64,000 bases of DNA from an uncultured candidate division Zixibacteria bacterium (GTDB taxonomy: Bacteria > Zixibacteria > MSB-5A5 > GN15 > FEB-12), in contig OY760907.1 in NCBI GenBank assembly GCA_963664195.1, positions 1,664,001 to 1,728,000 on the forward strand, given 5' to 3'. A model generated the notes under the pieces. The model ran no database searches. It saw nothing but the letters and a program-made list of their open reading frames with translations, and was not told the origin of the DNA. The first letter of the stretch is position 1. Every line of letters begins with the position of its first letter. Positions 21,689 through 30,730 of the stretch are shown in pieces. A program made the position numbers and the translations under genes.

Positions 21689-22219
21689 CTAAGCGTGGAC
21701 GATCTGCTCCCAGGGGTGTTCCGCGAGTCCCAGTTCATGGGTTATCATCTCTGCCCGCGTGTTGATGCGAAGTTGGTCAGCCTTGTCCGGTCCCACCAGG
21801 ACTGTCGGTGACACGAAGGCATGGGCAAACTCGTCAATCGGCTTGCCGGCGAACATGCAGCCCTGCTTGATATCGGCCAGCACGAGAACCTGGAACTCAC
21901 GCACCAGCAGGCAGCGATGCAGTTCAGTCCATTCGTTGTCTTCGCAGAACCGGAATCCGACCTTGAGATAATCGCCCGCCTTTTCATCGTAGTACAGGCG
22001 TAGTTCGCGCTCGCGCTCGACTGCGATTTTCGCCCGCTCTTCCGCCGAAAGATCCTTGCCTGAGTTGTCGGCGGGATCGTAGGGGTCTTCCAGAAAATGG
22101 AATACATTTAGCTGGAGACCGCTTCTTTCTGCCAGCCCCAACGCGTATTCAAAGGCCCAGTCACCCTGCTGAGAGTAGTGGGCACAAAAGCCGACAGCGT
22201 ACAAACCTTGTCTGGTCAT
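21689..22219 (-). CDS. Universal-stress-protein-like protein
   Basis: AFEYALGLA...LNVFH N-terminus and PTVLV C-terminal motif. Confidence 0.6.
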   Translation of the reverse strand: MTRQGLYAVGFCAHYSQQGDWAFEYALGLAERSGLQLNVFHFLEDPYDPADNSGKDLSAEERAKIAVERERELRLYYDEKAGDYLKVGFRFCEDNEWTELHRCLLVREFQVLVLADIKQGCMFAGKPIDEFAHAFVSPTVLVGPDKADQLRINTRAEMITHELGLAEHPWEQIVHA

Positions 22220-22238
22220 GATCTATGTCTCCTGTATA

Positions 22239-23270
22239 TTACACGTTTTCCGGTGCCGGAGTACGTGTAACCTCGTTCAAATAATAATCCGAATACACAG
22301 CCCCGATGGGATTGTTCACCAGCGATTTGTCCTTGACGAACAGCGTGGTCACCGGCGCGTCGCTGGCCTTAGTAAACAGGCAATCGACTCCCATGCAAAG
22401 GCCGACAATGATATTGATATCTGTGCCCAACTCGTTGAGCACCTCCGCCTGCCCCAGGGGATTGCAGGCCACACAAGTACCGGAAGAACGCACAGTCGTG
22501 TCGTCGTTCCCGACAGTGGGGTCGTTTGCCCTGGTACCGCCGACTTTGCAGCAAACAGGGAAGACGTTGAAATATCTCCTCAGCAGCCCCGCGAGTATGC
22601 CGGCCGGTTCCATAAGATCGACACAGTACGCCAGCCCGATCCGGCTATATTTCATCCCGAGACAGAAATAGACCAGCTCCGCCACGCGACAGAGTTGCCG
22701 ATCCTCCTCACTGGACACATCACGGGCGACCTCAAGCATCGTCTGGTAGACCTCGTCAAGCTCATTGAGTGAATGCGAGACACCCGGATAGCAGCCTTCA
22801 CCGCGCATACACACCCGGTTGGTGCACTTCAGGCAGTCGAATCGTACGAGTTTGTCGTCGCTCGTCTCCCAGGACCGCGCAGCTGCTTTCGTCTCCTGAG
22901 ACTCGCGATCGCCGGGAGGTGGCAGGACCTGTTGGTCCGTAGTATCCTCGGTGAACCCAAATCCGGGCCGGAGCTTACCCTGCATGATGGCTTCGAGCAA
23001 CTCGGAGGAGGAACAGGCGACATTATCGATGACCTGTAGTTCGTAGGAGGTCAGTATCTGTTGCGTCTCTCGGTCAATGCCGCCAGCCACAAGAGTATTC
23101 ACCCGGTTCTCAACCAACAGATGTATGAGATCTGTCCACGTTCCGGTTTCTAGCGGTATCACCTCGTGCTTTTCTGGTGCGCCGTCGGTCTGGTCAACCA
23201 GCATGACGGAATCGGCGATAGTGCAACGGGGCGAGACCCGGTTTTTCAGCAACGGTATGCCGTAGCGCAT
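22239..23270 (-). CDS. NifB/NifX-like domain fused to DUF1847 metal-binding domain
   Basis: RVSPRC/LVAGGI N-domain; IGLAYC, CCKVGG, CNPLGQA, GLCMGVD, VKD..L.NNP. Confidence 0.8.
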   Translation of the reverse strand: MRYGIPLLKNRVSPRCTIADSVMLVDQTDGAPEKHEVIPLETGTWTDLIHLLVENRVNTLVAGGIDRETQQILTSYELQVIDNVACSSSELLEAIMQGKLRPGFGFTEDTTDQQVLPPPGDRESQETKAAARSWETSDDKLVRFDCLKCTNRVCMRGEGCYPGVSHSLNELDEVYQTMLEVARDVSSEEDRQLCRVAELVYFCLGMKYSRIGLAYCVDLMEPAGILAGLLRRYFNVFPVCCKVGGTRANDPTVGNDDTTVRSSGTCVACNPLGQAEVLNELGTDINIIVGLCMGVDCLFTKASDAPVTTLFVKDKSLVNNPIGAVYSDYYLNEVTRTPAPENV

Positions 23271-23300
23271 AGTCCTCTCCTACAGTTCTGTGGAGCTATA

Positions 23301-23316
23301 GGCAACTTGCATGCCA
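23301..23316 (-). promoter_or_regulatory. Sigma54 -24/-12 promoter for the DUF1847/USP/regulator operon
   Basis: Minus strand TGGCAT-GCAAG-TTGCC. Confidence 0.75.
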
Positions 23317-23422
23317 GACGGTCTGGTGCTGTTCTGGATGTCCAGGCAGGAGTTGTTGCCGCAGAGCTGTTTCAGTGTCGGACGACGGTCGAGCTACAGT
23401 CTGTAGGTCTGCCAACAGCTTG

Positions 23423-23549
23423 CAGTGTCAGGCGTGTTGCCGCGACACTGAAGATTGTACCGTTGCAGGCGCGACTGTCCTCCGATGTCACTCTGTGGTT
23501 TGTCGCGACACCTGTTGCATCGCATCGAAACGTTGCAACACTTGCGACA
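23423..23549. promoter_or_regulatory. Putative upstream activator sequences
   Basis: Clustered TGTTGC/TGTCGC and GCAACA/GCGACA half-sites, including palindromes TGTCGCGACA and GTTGCAAC. Confidence 0.5.
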
Positions 23550-23718
23550 TCCGGAGACCTCCAGTACAGAGCACATCGTCGGTTGTGTCTCCGGCCATGA
23601 TAAGAAGCACCAAAATCTCATTATCGGGCAAAATCGCCATATCACATTATAGGCTCGTCGAAAACCGACTTGCTGGAGGCCACCCGGCACTTGGTGGTGC
23701 GAACTCACACGAGCGGAT

Positions 23719-23734
23719 TGGTACGGCATTTGCA
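23719..23734 (+). promoter_or_regulatory. Sigma54 -24/-12 promoter for the Hmc-like operon
   Basis: TGGTAC-GGCAT-TTGCA. Confidence 0.75.
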
Positions 23735-23777
23735 ATCCTCTGTGTGGGAATGAAGCAGAAGTGAAGACAAAACCTTA

Positions 23778-25217
23778 ATGGGTGTGAGAATTGAAATGGC
23801 TGATGCGACATCTGTGGAGACGGTTGGAACACAATCCTATCCATATTACATCGAGAACCCGATCACAGAAAAACGGGTCGAGAGATTTCTTGAGGCGTTT
23901 GCGGCGGTACTGAGCTACACCGATTACAAGCCGCTGCTGGATTCGTATTGTACTTCCAATGCCAAATGCAACCGGTGCGCGGTGACCTGCCCGGTTTTTC
24001 TGGCCACGGGTGATCCTAAGGATATCCCGTGCTATCGCACCAACCTCCTCCTGGATGTTTACAAGCGGTACTTCACAATCGGTGGCTGGCTCAAGGCGAG
24101 GTTTTCCGGCGGATTTGAACTCACCGATGCGGTGATTGATGAAATGCTGGATCTGTTCTACCGCTGCACGGCCTGTCGACGCTGCACGATGGAGTGTCCG
24201 ATGGGTGTCGACCACGGTCTGGTGACTCGATTGGGGAGGTACGTGCTGAGTCTTATCGGCATCGTCCCCAAGGCCCTCCAGGTGAGTGTGCGCGAACAGC
24301 TTGAAGGGGAGACACGCAATACGTCGAAAGTCCCGAAAGTCGCTCTGCTTGACACGCTCGGATTCCTTTCCGAAGAGATGAACGATATTCTCGGCATCAA
24401 GCCTGAATTCCCGGTCGATAAGGAGAACCGCGACTATGTGTTCTTCTGCGCGGTCAGTGATTACCTGATGGAGCCGGAGACGCTGATGGGTAACGCGGCG
24501 GTGTTGTACGCTGCGGGCGATTGGGATAAATGGACAATTGGTACCGGTAACTACGACGGCATCAACTACGGTCTGTTCTACAGCGACTGGCACCTGGAGA
24601 AGATCATCAAACGGTTGGTGGCGGAGGTGGACCGTCTCAAAGGCAAGCAATTGCTAATCGGCGAGTGCGGCCATGCATCCCGTTCGGCTCATGATTTCGT
24701 GCCGGTATTCGGAGGCAAGAATCCATACAACGTTACTAACTTCATGGAGTACACGCTTGATTGTCTTGAGAAGGGCAAGATCAAGCTCGATCCGACCATC
24801 ATCACCCAGAAGGTTACCTACCACGACCCGTGCAATATCGCTCGCTCCGGATGGGTGGTCGAGCAGCCGCGAAAGATCCTCAAATCGTTTGTGTCGGACT
24901 TCGTCGAAATGGAACCCCATGGGGTGAACAACTACTGTTGCGGCGGTGGTGGCGGTCTCGTGTCGGTGGATGAAATCTACGAGTACCGGATGAATATCGG
25001 CGGCAAGGTAAAAGCCGAGCAGCTCAGACGAACCGGTGCCGAAATCTGCATCGCTCCGTGCGCCAACTGCAAGAAGCAGCTCAAAGAACTTGTCGAGTAT
25101 TACAAGCTGCCGTGCAAGGTGATGGGCCTCCATGACCTCCTGCTCAAGGCGATAATCATAGACGGGGCCAAATCACCCCGGGAAAGACAAGAAGAGGCGG
25201 CAATGTTCGAGATGTGA
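23778..25217 (+). CDS. HdrD/HmcF/TmcB-like Fe-S oxidoreductase with CCG domains
   Basis: CAKCNRC..C-like and CTACRRC...CP ferredoxin motifs; ECGH; YHDPC; CCGGGGG; CANC. Confidence 0.9.
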   Translation: MGVRIEMADATSVETVGTQSYPYYIENPITEKRVERFLEAFAAVLSYTDYKPLLDSYCTSNAKCNRCAVTCPVFLATGDPKDIPCYRTNLLLDVYKRYFTIGGWLKARFSGGFELTDAVIDEMLDLFYRCTACRRCTMECPMGVDHGLVTRLGRYVLSLIGIVPKALQVSVREQLEGETRNTSKVPKVALLDTLGFLSEEMNDILGIKPEFPVDKENRDYVFFCAVSDYLMEPETLMGNAAVLYAAGDWDKWTIGTGNYDGINYGLFYSDWHLEKIIKRLVAEVDRLKGKQLLIGECGHASRSAHDFVPVFGGKNPYNVTNFMEYTLDCLEKGKIKLDPTIITQKVTYHDPCNIARSGWVVEQPRKILKSFVSDFVEMEPHGVNNYCCGGGGGLVSVDEIYEYRMNIGGKVKAEQLRRTGAEICIAPCANCKKQLKELVEYYKLPCKVMGLHDLLLKAIIIDGAKSPRERQEEAAMFEM

Positions 25218-25267
25218 ACCGTCTCGAACGCCCGGAGAAAACTCAATAGTCAGGAGAGGCAGGACCC

Positions 25268-25966
25268 TTGGAACAGTGGATTAGTTTCGCAAAAGGACCG
25301 TTATTTGCATTCTCATTTATGGTGATGCTGCTGGGCCTTCTCAGGCTCGTCATCGTCCAGATATACTCCCTTGTACTGAACAAGGGACGGAGACTGCGGA
25401 ATGTGCCATGGAAGAAGATCGCCGTGGAGGCGACCAGTTGGGCAGTTCCCGTGAAGCACTTGATACCCGGTACGCGGTTCTTCTCGATTACGTCGTACCT
25501 GTTTCATATTGGGGTGATTGCGGTGCCGGTCCTGTTAACGGACCACATTGTGTTGTGGGAGAGTCTTGTCGGGTATAATCTGCCGGCGATCGGTCGCGGA
25601 TTGGGGGATATCCTGACGCTATTTACTCTGGCCTGTGTTGTCGCCCTGTTCGCGTGTCGCCTGTTCATCGGGCGTTTGCGTGCGATGAGCATGTTCATGG
25701 ATTATGCCCTGTTGATCCTGATCTTCGTCCCCTTTGCGTCCGGATACTTGGCCTCCCACCCGAATGTCAATCTATTCTCATGGGAGTCGATGATGCTGGT
25801 TCACCTGCTGAGCTCCAACTTGCTGCTCATTGCGATGCCATTTACAAAGCTGTCGCATGTGGTGCTGTTCTTTTTTGACCGCATTTCTCAGCTCCACTGG
25901 CAACTGCGACCCGGCGCCGGTGATCAGGTGGCCGAGGCCCTTTACGGCAAGGAGGCACGAGTCTGA
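25268..25966 (+). CDS. NarI/HmcE/TmcC-like membrane cytochrome b
   Basis: About 5 TMs; FHIG..H, VHLLS, PFTKLSH heme-ligand His. Confidence 0.85.
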   Translation: MEQWISFAKGPLFAFSFMVMLLGLLRLVIVQIYSLVLNKGRRLRNVPWKKIAVEATSWAVPVKHLIPGTRFFSITSYLFHIGVIAVPVLLTDHIVLWESLVGYNLPAIGRGLGDILTLFTLACVVALFACRLFIGRLRAMSMFMDYALLILIFVPFASGYLASHPNVNLFSWESMMLVHLLSSNLLLIAMPFTKLSHVVLFFFDRISQLHWQLRPGAGDQVAEALYGKEARV

Positions 25967-26739
25967 TGTACGCTATTCTTGTTGATGTAACAAAATGCAC
26001 CGGCTGCGAGCGCTGTGTGACGGCCTGTCTGGAAGTCAACGAACTTGACGGCCGGCGTGCCGACAAAGACCGGCTCTCCAGCCGCGATGGTCTTTCAGCG
26101 AATCGTTTCATGGCCATTGACGACGTCGGCGATGGGCGGTTTGCCCGCCTGGCCTGTATGCATTGCGAAGATCCCAGTTGCGTGTCGGCCTGTCTCGTCG
26201 GCGGACTCACAAAATCCAAAGAGGGGCCGGTGGTGTACGATGACAGCAAGTGCATCGGTTGCCGCTATTGCATGTTGGCCTGCCCCTTCCATGTCCCACG
26301 GTACGAGTGGGATAAGACCGTGCCGCTGGTACGGAAGTGCGATATGTGTATCGACCGGCTCCGTGACGGCGAACTGCCGGGTTGTGTCGGCGCCTGCCCT
26401 AACGGTGCTCTAAAACTCGGGCAGCGTGGAGACCTTCTCAAGGAGGCACACGCAAGAATCGATGCCAACCCGGACGGATACATGCAACATATCTGGGGGG
26501 AACATGAGTTCGGTGGTACTTCGGTGCTCTATGTGTCGGATGTCGACCTGAACGAACTGGGTTGGTCCGAGGCGGTGGAGGCCGGGATTCCGTCGATCAC
26601 CACCCCGATGATCGAGAAGACACCGCTTATCGGCGGCGGGGTTGCGGTAGGATTGCTGGCGGTGAACTGGGTGATCCGTCGACGAATGAAACTGGCCGGT
26701 GAAGGGGCCGATGACCATAAATCAGGAGACGAGCACTGA
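25966..26739 (+). CDS. HybA/HmcB-like 4x[4Fe-4S] protein with C-terminal TM anchor
   Basis: CTGCERC, CMHC..P.C, CIGCRYC, KCDMC..C...CP; GGTSVLY. Confidence 0.92.
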   Translation: MYAILVDVTKCTGCERCVTACLEVNELDGRRADKDRLSSRDGLSANRFMAIDDVGDGRFARLACMHCEDPSCVSACLVGGLTKSKEGPVVYDDSKCIGCRYCMLACPFHVPRYEWDKTVPLVRKCDMCIDRLRDGELPGCVGACPNGALKLGQRGDLLKEAHARIDANPDGYMQHIWGEHEFGGTSVLYVSDVDLNELGWSEAVEAGIPSITTPMIEKTPLIGGGVAVGLLAVNWVIRRRMKLAGEGADDHKSGDEH

Positions 26740-28700
26740 TGACAAGGAACACACGTCACATCAAAGACATATTCTGGATCATAGCCCTCTCCGGGCTGGT
26801 GGCAGCCGTGTTTCGTCTCTGGTTCGGTCTGGGCGCCACGACGAACCTCTCCGACGGTATGCCGTGGGGGCTGTGGAAAGTATTCAATATGGTGGCCGGT
26901 GTGGCTTTGTCCACGAGTGGCTTCACGGTCGGATTGCTGGTCTATGTGCTCAAACTTGAACGATTCCGACCGTACGTGAAACCGGCGATTCTAATCGCGT
27001 TCCTCGGTTACGGATGTTCCTGCACGGCGCTGCTCTTTGACATCGGTTTGCCGCAACGATTCTGGCATCCGATCCTCATGTGGAACCATCACTCTTTCTT
27101 GTTTGAAGTCTTCTGGTGTGTGCTGTTGTATTTCACCGTGACGTCAATCGAACTGTTGCCGGTGTTCATTGAACGGTTCCGTGCGGAGAAGATTGTCCGA
27201 TGGTTGCACCGGATTGCTTTCGGTGTGGTAGTGGTTGGCATCTCGCTTTCGAGCCTGCACCACTCGTCGCTGGGTTCGCTGTTTCTGGTAACACCGACCC
27301 GACTTCATGCTCTCTGGTATTCGAACATGCTGCCGTTCTTCTTTATCCTGTCGGCCATGGGAGCCGGCATGATGGTGGTCGTGCTGATGCGCATCCTGTA
27401 CGCGCGCTGGTATGATCCGGAGCCGGTGTTTGGGCCGGAGGCAGCGAACATCGATGGCCGTGTCTGCGTGATTTCCGATCCGTTGTCGGGCATCAAACCC
27501 ACCGTTGTTCACGGTACAGAGATGCCCAACCTCAGCAGGCTGGCGGTTATTGCAGCTTCCATCCTCGGCGTGTATCTGGTGCTGAAGATAGTCGATCTGT
27601 TCCAACTCGGTCTCTGGGAGACGCTGACCGCCGGAACATGGGAAAGCTGGCTATACGGTATTGAATTAGGTCTCACGGCCGTTCTTCCGATTATGCTGGT
27701 GGCGATTCGCAAGACGCGACAAAGCCCCGTTGCGCTCGGCGTCGCGGCATTCTCCGCTGCATTTGGTCTGGCGTTGAACCGTCTCGATGTCGGCATATTC
27801 GGTTACTTCCACGATGCCAAAGAACTCTACTTCCCCTCTCTTGCGGAATGGGCGGTCGGGCTTGGCGTAGTTGCGGCAGCCGGACTTGTCTTCCTGTACG
27901 TGGTGGAGCACTTTGCAATCTTCGATGATGGCTGGAAAGCCCGCAAGACCTTCCGTGAGTTGTTCCACGCCGATTTTGACTCGCTGTCTCACGTATGGAA
28001 CACGGCACTTGCCGACAGTTTGCATCGGGTCTCGCTCATAGGCGTATTTGTGATCCCCCTTGCGTTCGTCATGATGTACCCGGCCTTTTCATTACCCGAT
28101 CTGAGCGCCCTCCCGGTGCAACCATCGGCCGGAATCGACGCTGCCCGTGCGGTGCTGTGTATCGACGGTGACCGGGGAGGATTCTCGTGCAGTTTCCCGC
28201 ATGCTGAGCACCAGAAGCGGATGGGCGGTGACACCGGGTGTGTGAAGTGTCATCACGTCTCTCTTCCGAAAGACAACGCGACCTCCTGCTCGCGATGTCA
28301 CAAGCATATGGTCGAACCGAGCTCTATCTTCGACCACACGGGGCACTTCGCGTTCGTGGCGACACAGGAAAAACTGACCGGGTGGCATCCGGAGAATCGA
28401 AGCTGTGACGTCTGTCATAAGGCCGGTGAGGCGCGCGTCGCGTCGACCACCAAGTCCTGTCTGGCCTGTCATGAAAAGGACATCTGGCACCAGACGCCGC
28501 CGGACGAAGGGGATAATCTCGTCTACGCGTGCAGCTTCAGCGAGGCTATGCACGGAACGTGCATAGAGTGTCACAAGCAGGAATCGGTCAATGCTGGCAA
28601 GGAACTTCTGGCGGAATGTTCCACCTGCCACGCAGCCCGCAAGGGGAAGAGCACCCTGGTAGAAACGGCGGACGAACCGCAGATACTCTCTGCCCGATAA
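26739..28700 (+). CDS. NrfD/HybB/HmcC-like membrane subunit fused to hexaheme class III cytochrome c
   Basis: TNLSD..PWGLW, DIG.P.R.W, S.LFEV, HHSSLG; six CxxCH motifs with FPHAEH/FDHTGH. Confidence 0.9.
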   Translation: MTRNTRHIKDIFWIIALSGLVAAVFRLWFGLGATTNLSDGMPWGLWKVFNMVAGVALSTSGFTVGLLVYVLKLERFRPYVKPAILIAFLGYGCSCTALLFDIGLPQRFWHPILMWNHHSFLFEVFWCVLLYFTVTSIELLPVFIERFRAEKIVRWLHRIAFGVVVVGISLSSLHHSSLGSLFLVTPTRLHALWYSNMLPFFFILSAMGAGMMVVVLMRILYARWYDPEPVFGPEAANIDGRVCVISDPLSGIKPTVVHGTEMPNLSRLAVIAASILGVYLVLKIVDLFQLGLWETLTAGTWESWLYGIELGLTAVLPIMLVAIRKTRQSPVALGVAAFSAAFGLALNRLDVGIFGYFHDAKELYFPSLAEWAVGLGVVAAAGLVFLYVVEHFAIFDDGWKARKTFRELFHADFDSLSHVWNTALADSLHRVSLIGVFVIPLAFVMMYPAFSLPDLSALPVQPSAGIDAARAVLCIDGDRGGFSCSFPHAEHQKRMGGDTGCVKCHHVSLPKDNATSCSRCHKHMVEPSSIFDHTGHFAFVATQEKLTGWHPENRSCDVCHKAGEARVASTTKSCLACHEKDIWHQTPPDEGDNLVYACSFSEAMHGTCIECHKQESVNAGKELLAECSTCHAARKGKSTLVETADEPQILSAR

Positions 28701-28726
28701 TGATTTAGCCCCCATGTCGGCTGTCT

Positions 28727-28781
28727 AAAAGCCCTCACAGGATCCGGAAAGAGACTCCGGGAACTGTGGGGGCTTTCTTTT
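28727..28781 (+). terminator. Intrinsic terminator
   Basis: AAAGCCCTCACAG...CTGTGGGGGCTTT followed by T-run. Confidence 0.7.
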
Positions 28782-28832
28782 GGTTGTATATAGGATAATA
28801 TAGATATTAGTACTCTACGTGAGGTGTATGGA

Positions 28833-29276
28833 ATGAAAACGATGAATACTCAGGAATTGAACAAGCGGCTTCAGACCGGCCCGCTGGCTTTGTTTGATGT
28901 CCGCGGTGACATTGCATACGAGATGAACCACATACCGGGAGCCAAGACGGCGCCGCTGGGATCGCTCGTATTTCGTGTGGCGGGGGTGATGAACCCGGAT
29001 TCTATGGTTGTCGTATATTCTGACGGCGGCGACTGCACGCTGGCGGCGCAGGCGGTGGAGCGTTTGGAAGGCCTTCGGATGAGCAACGTGTTCTGTTACG
29101 AAGACGGTCTCAAGGGATGGACCGAGGCGGGCCATGAAGTGATTGAATCGCAAAACGCCAGAGTACACACGAGGGGTCCCGTGATAGATTGCCGACCGAT
29201 CTTGGTGGATAGAGAGAACTCCTACGGCGGCGCGTTTAAAGGGAAACCCTCGAACGTAGAAGGCGCCGGCGGATGA
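28833..29276 (+). CDS. Rhodanese-like protein
   Basis: DVR...Y...HIPGA; YEDGLKGW; loop YSDGGDC. Confidence 0.85.
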   Translation: MKTMNTQELNKRLQTGPLALFDVRGDIAYEMNHIPGAKTAPLGSLVFRVAGVMNPDSMVVVYSDGGDCTLAAQAVERLEGLRMSNVFCYEDGLKGWTEAGHEVIESQNARVHTRGPVIDCRPILVDRENSYGGAFKGKPSNVEGAGG

Positions 29277-29320
29277 TCTGATGGATTGTTGAAGCCTGAA
29301 TAATACGGGCTGACAGACGA

Positions 29321-29354
29321 AGGTCCGGAGACGTACAACTCCGGGCCTTTTTTT
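29321..29354 (+). terminator. Intrinsic terminator
   Basis: AGGTCCGGAG...CTCCGGGCCT followed by T-run. Confidence 0.8.
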
Positions 29355-29370
29355 GTGCGCGTGCGTGTTA

Positions 29371-29399
29371 TTGACAGATCAGGCTATATTGGCTATCTT
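29371..29399 (+). promoter_or_regulatory. Sigma70-type promoter
   Basis: TTGACA-17-TATCTT. Confidence 0.6.
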
Positions 29400-29466
29400 T
29401 GATGATCGTATGGGGGGGACAGCTCATGCGAGTAGACAGATGATCCCTGAGAGTTCGGAAGTTCCC

Positions 29467-29496
29467 CCCCTCCAAACAAGTTTGAAGGGGCCACCC
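29467..29496 (-). repeat. GTGG-foot REP (R type), identical to 30601-30630
   Basis: Minus strand GGGTGG-CCCCTTCAAAC-TT-GTTTGGAGGGG. Confidence 0.9.
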
Positions 29497-29570
29497 GGAC
29501 TGGTAGTCTCACTAGTTGAGTGGTGCTGGGTGCTGTGTCAAAGTCGCATTAATGAAAGGAGAACCACAAA

Positions 29571-29951
29571 TTGACCGCTAGTAGAGAAACCCAAAAGGAT
29601 CTGTCTTTTCATCTCAGAAAGATACAGGATTCGCAAGTTCGTGCACTATACCGGGATGCCTACAAATACGCGGAGTCTGCCTTTGATGAGTTGGAGCTGA
29701 CGTTTAGTAGTGACTATGTATACTTTCGACGTGACGGAAGCTGGTTCGCCCGTTTGTACGCACAGAAGACCAAGATGGCGATCGACGTGAAGGGTGACTA
29801 TCCCGAGTATCCAACCCTGTCATCACTCAGGAAGGGATCTAAGTTCTCTCAGGGTGACGTCATCAACTTTCATGTCGAAGCAGAGTCATTGAAAGACGAT
29901 GTGCACAAGCTTGTGGACACAGCTTGGAATCGGGCCGTCAGAAAAGGGTGA
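29571..29951 (+). CDS. Small DUF5655/YdhG-like protein lying between two REPs
   Basis: AAGGAG RBS + TTG; 126 aa; YVYFRR..FARL..QK pattern. Confidence 0.65.
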   Translation: MTASRETQKDLSFHLRKIQDSQVRALYRDAYKYAESAFDELELTFSSDYVYFRRDGSWFARLYAQKTKMAIDVKGDYPEYPTLSSLRKGSKFSQGDVINFHVEAESLKDDVHKLVDTAWNRAVRKG

Positions 29952-30001
29952 TAATAGTTGAAAGCGGCATCAGACCTTTCACTCTTCGAGGTTAAATGTT
30001 T

Positions 30002-30031
30002 GGGTGGCCGGTTCAAACTTGTTTGGACCGG
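30002..30031 (+). repeat. GTGG-foot REP (L type)
   Basis: GGGTGG-CCGGTTCAAAC-TT-GTTTGGACCGG. Confidence 0.9.
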
Positions 30032-30051
30032 ATCCAAGATTGGGGATTCGT

Positions 30052-30597
30052 ATGGGAGACCGGCAACAAGTTGATTCCCCGGGCCACGCACATGAGCTGA
30101 CATTCTCATGTTTTCGAAACCGTGACTTTTTGAGAGGTCGCCGGCACTGCGAGTATCTCTGCTCGGCAATTGAGGCAGCCAAAGCTCGCCACCGATTTCA
30201 TCTCTGGGCATACGTTTTTATGCCGAATCACGTTCATCTTCTGATCTATCCTACGTGCTCTGATTACAAGATTGGTGTGATCATGCAGAGCATGAAGCAG
30301 TCTGTCTCACGCCGGGCTATTAGAGATGCCCGGGAACTAGCAAACGAACGGTTGTTGCAGTTCGCTTCCGGTACGAAGAATCATCCGTATCGATTTTGGC
30401 AAAGCGGTGGTGGCTATGATAGGAATATCGTTAGCAAAGTAGCGGTCAGGGGGGCAATTGACTACATGCACAACAATCCTGTGAGGGCCGGACTGGTAGA
30501 CGCTGCTGAGGAATGGGAATGGTCAAGCTTCAGAGACCACGAGGGGCTGGGGAACGGGCCAATTGGAGTTGAACCAGAATTCTTGTCTTTGACGTAG
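30052..30597 (+). CDS. rayT: REP-associated tyrosine transposase (Y1 HUH)
   Basis: MPNHVHLL HUH motif, FWQ..YDR, catalytic Y in YMHNNPVRAGL, WEWSS; 181 aa. Confidence 0.93.
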   Translation: MGDRQQVDSPGHAHELTFSCFRNRDFLRGRRHCEYLCSAIEAAKARHRFHLWAYVFMPNHVHLLIYPTCSDYKIGVIMQSMKQSVSRRAIRDARELANERLLQFASGTKNHPYRFWQSGGGYDRNIVSKVAVRGAIDYMHNNPVRAGLVDAAEEWEWSSFRDHEGLGNGPIGVEPEFLSLT

Positions 30598-30600
30598 ATA

Positions 30601-30630
30601 CCCCTCCAAACAAGTTTGAAGGGGCCACCC
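30601..30630 (-). repeat. GTGG-foot REP (R type)
   Basis: 3 nt after tnpA stop; identical to 29467-29496. Confidence 0.9.
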
Positions 30631-30665
30631 GGAGTAGGAATCAGACTGCATAGAGTTGAAATGAA

Positions 30666-30695
30666 CGGCCCCTACAAGTAATCTTGAAGGGGCCG
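30666..30695. terminator. Hairpin between convergent genes, sharing GGCCCCTTCAA with the REP
   Basis: CGGCCCCTACAAG-TAAT-CTTGAAGGGGCCG. Confidence 0.55.
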
Positions 30696-30730
30696 CTATC
30701 TACTCAATCTGAATCTAATGTATCAGACGC

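Larger units (their letters stand above)
30002..30630 (+). mobile_element. REP-tnpA(RAYT)-REP unit 1 (629 bp)
   Basis: Bounded by inverted REPs 30002-30031 and 30601-30630 with GTGG feet outermost. Confidence 0.85.

Noticed and set aside
30004..30051. MAGSNLFGP N-terminal extensions (also at 36970 and ORF 37664)
   Set aside because: Translation of the REP itself; the equivalent ATGs at 30052 and 37018 are the likelier starts
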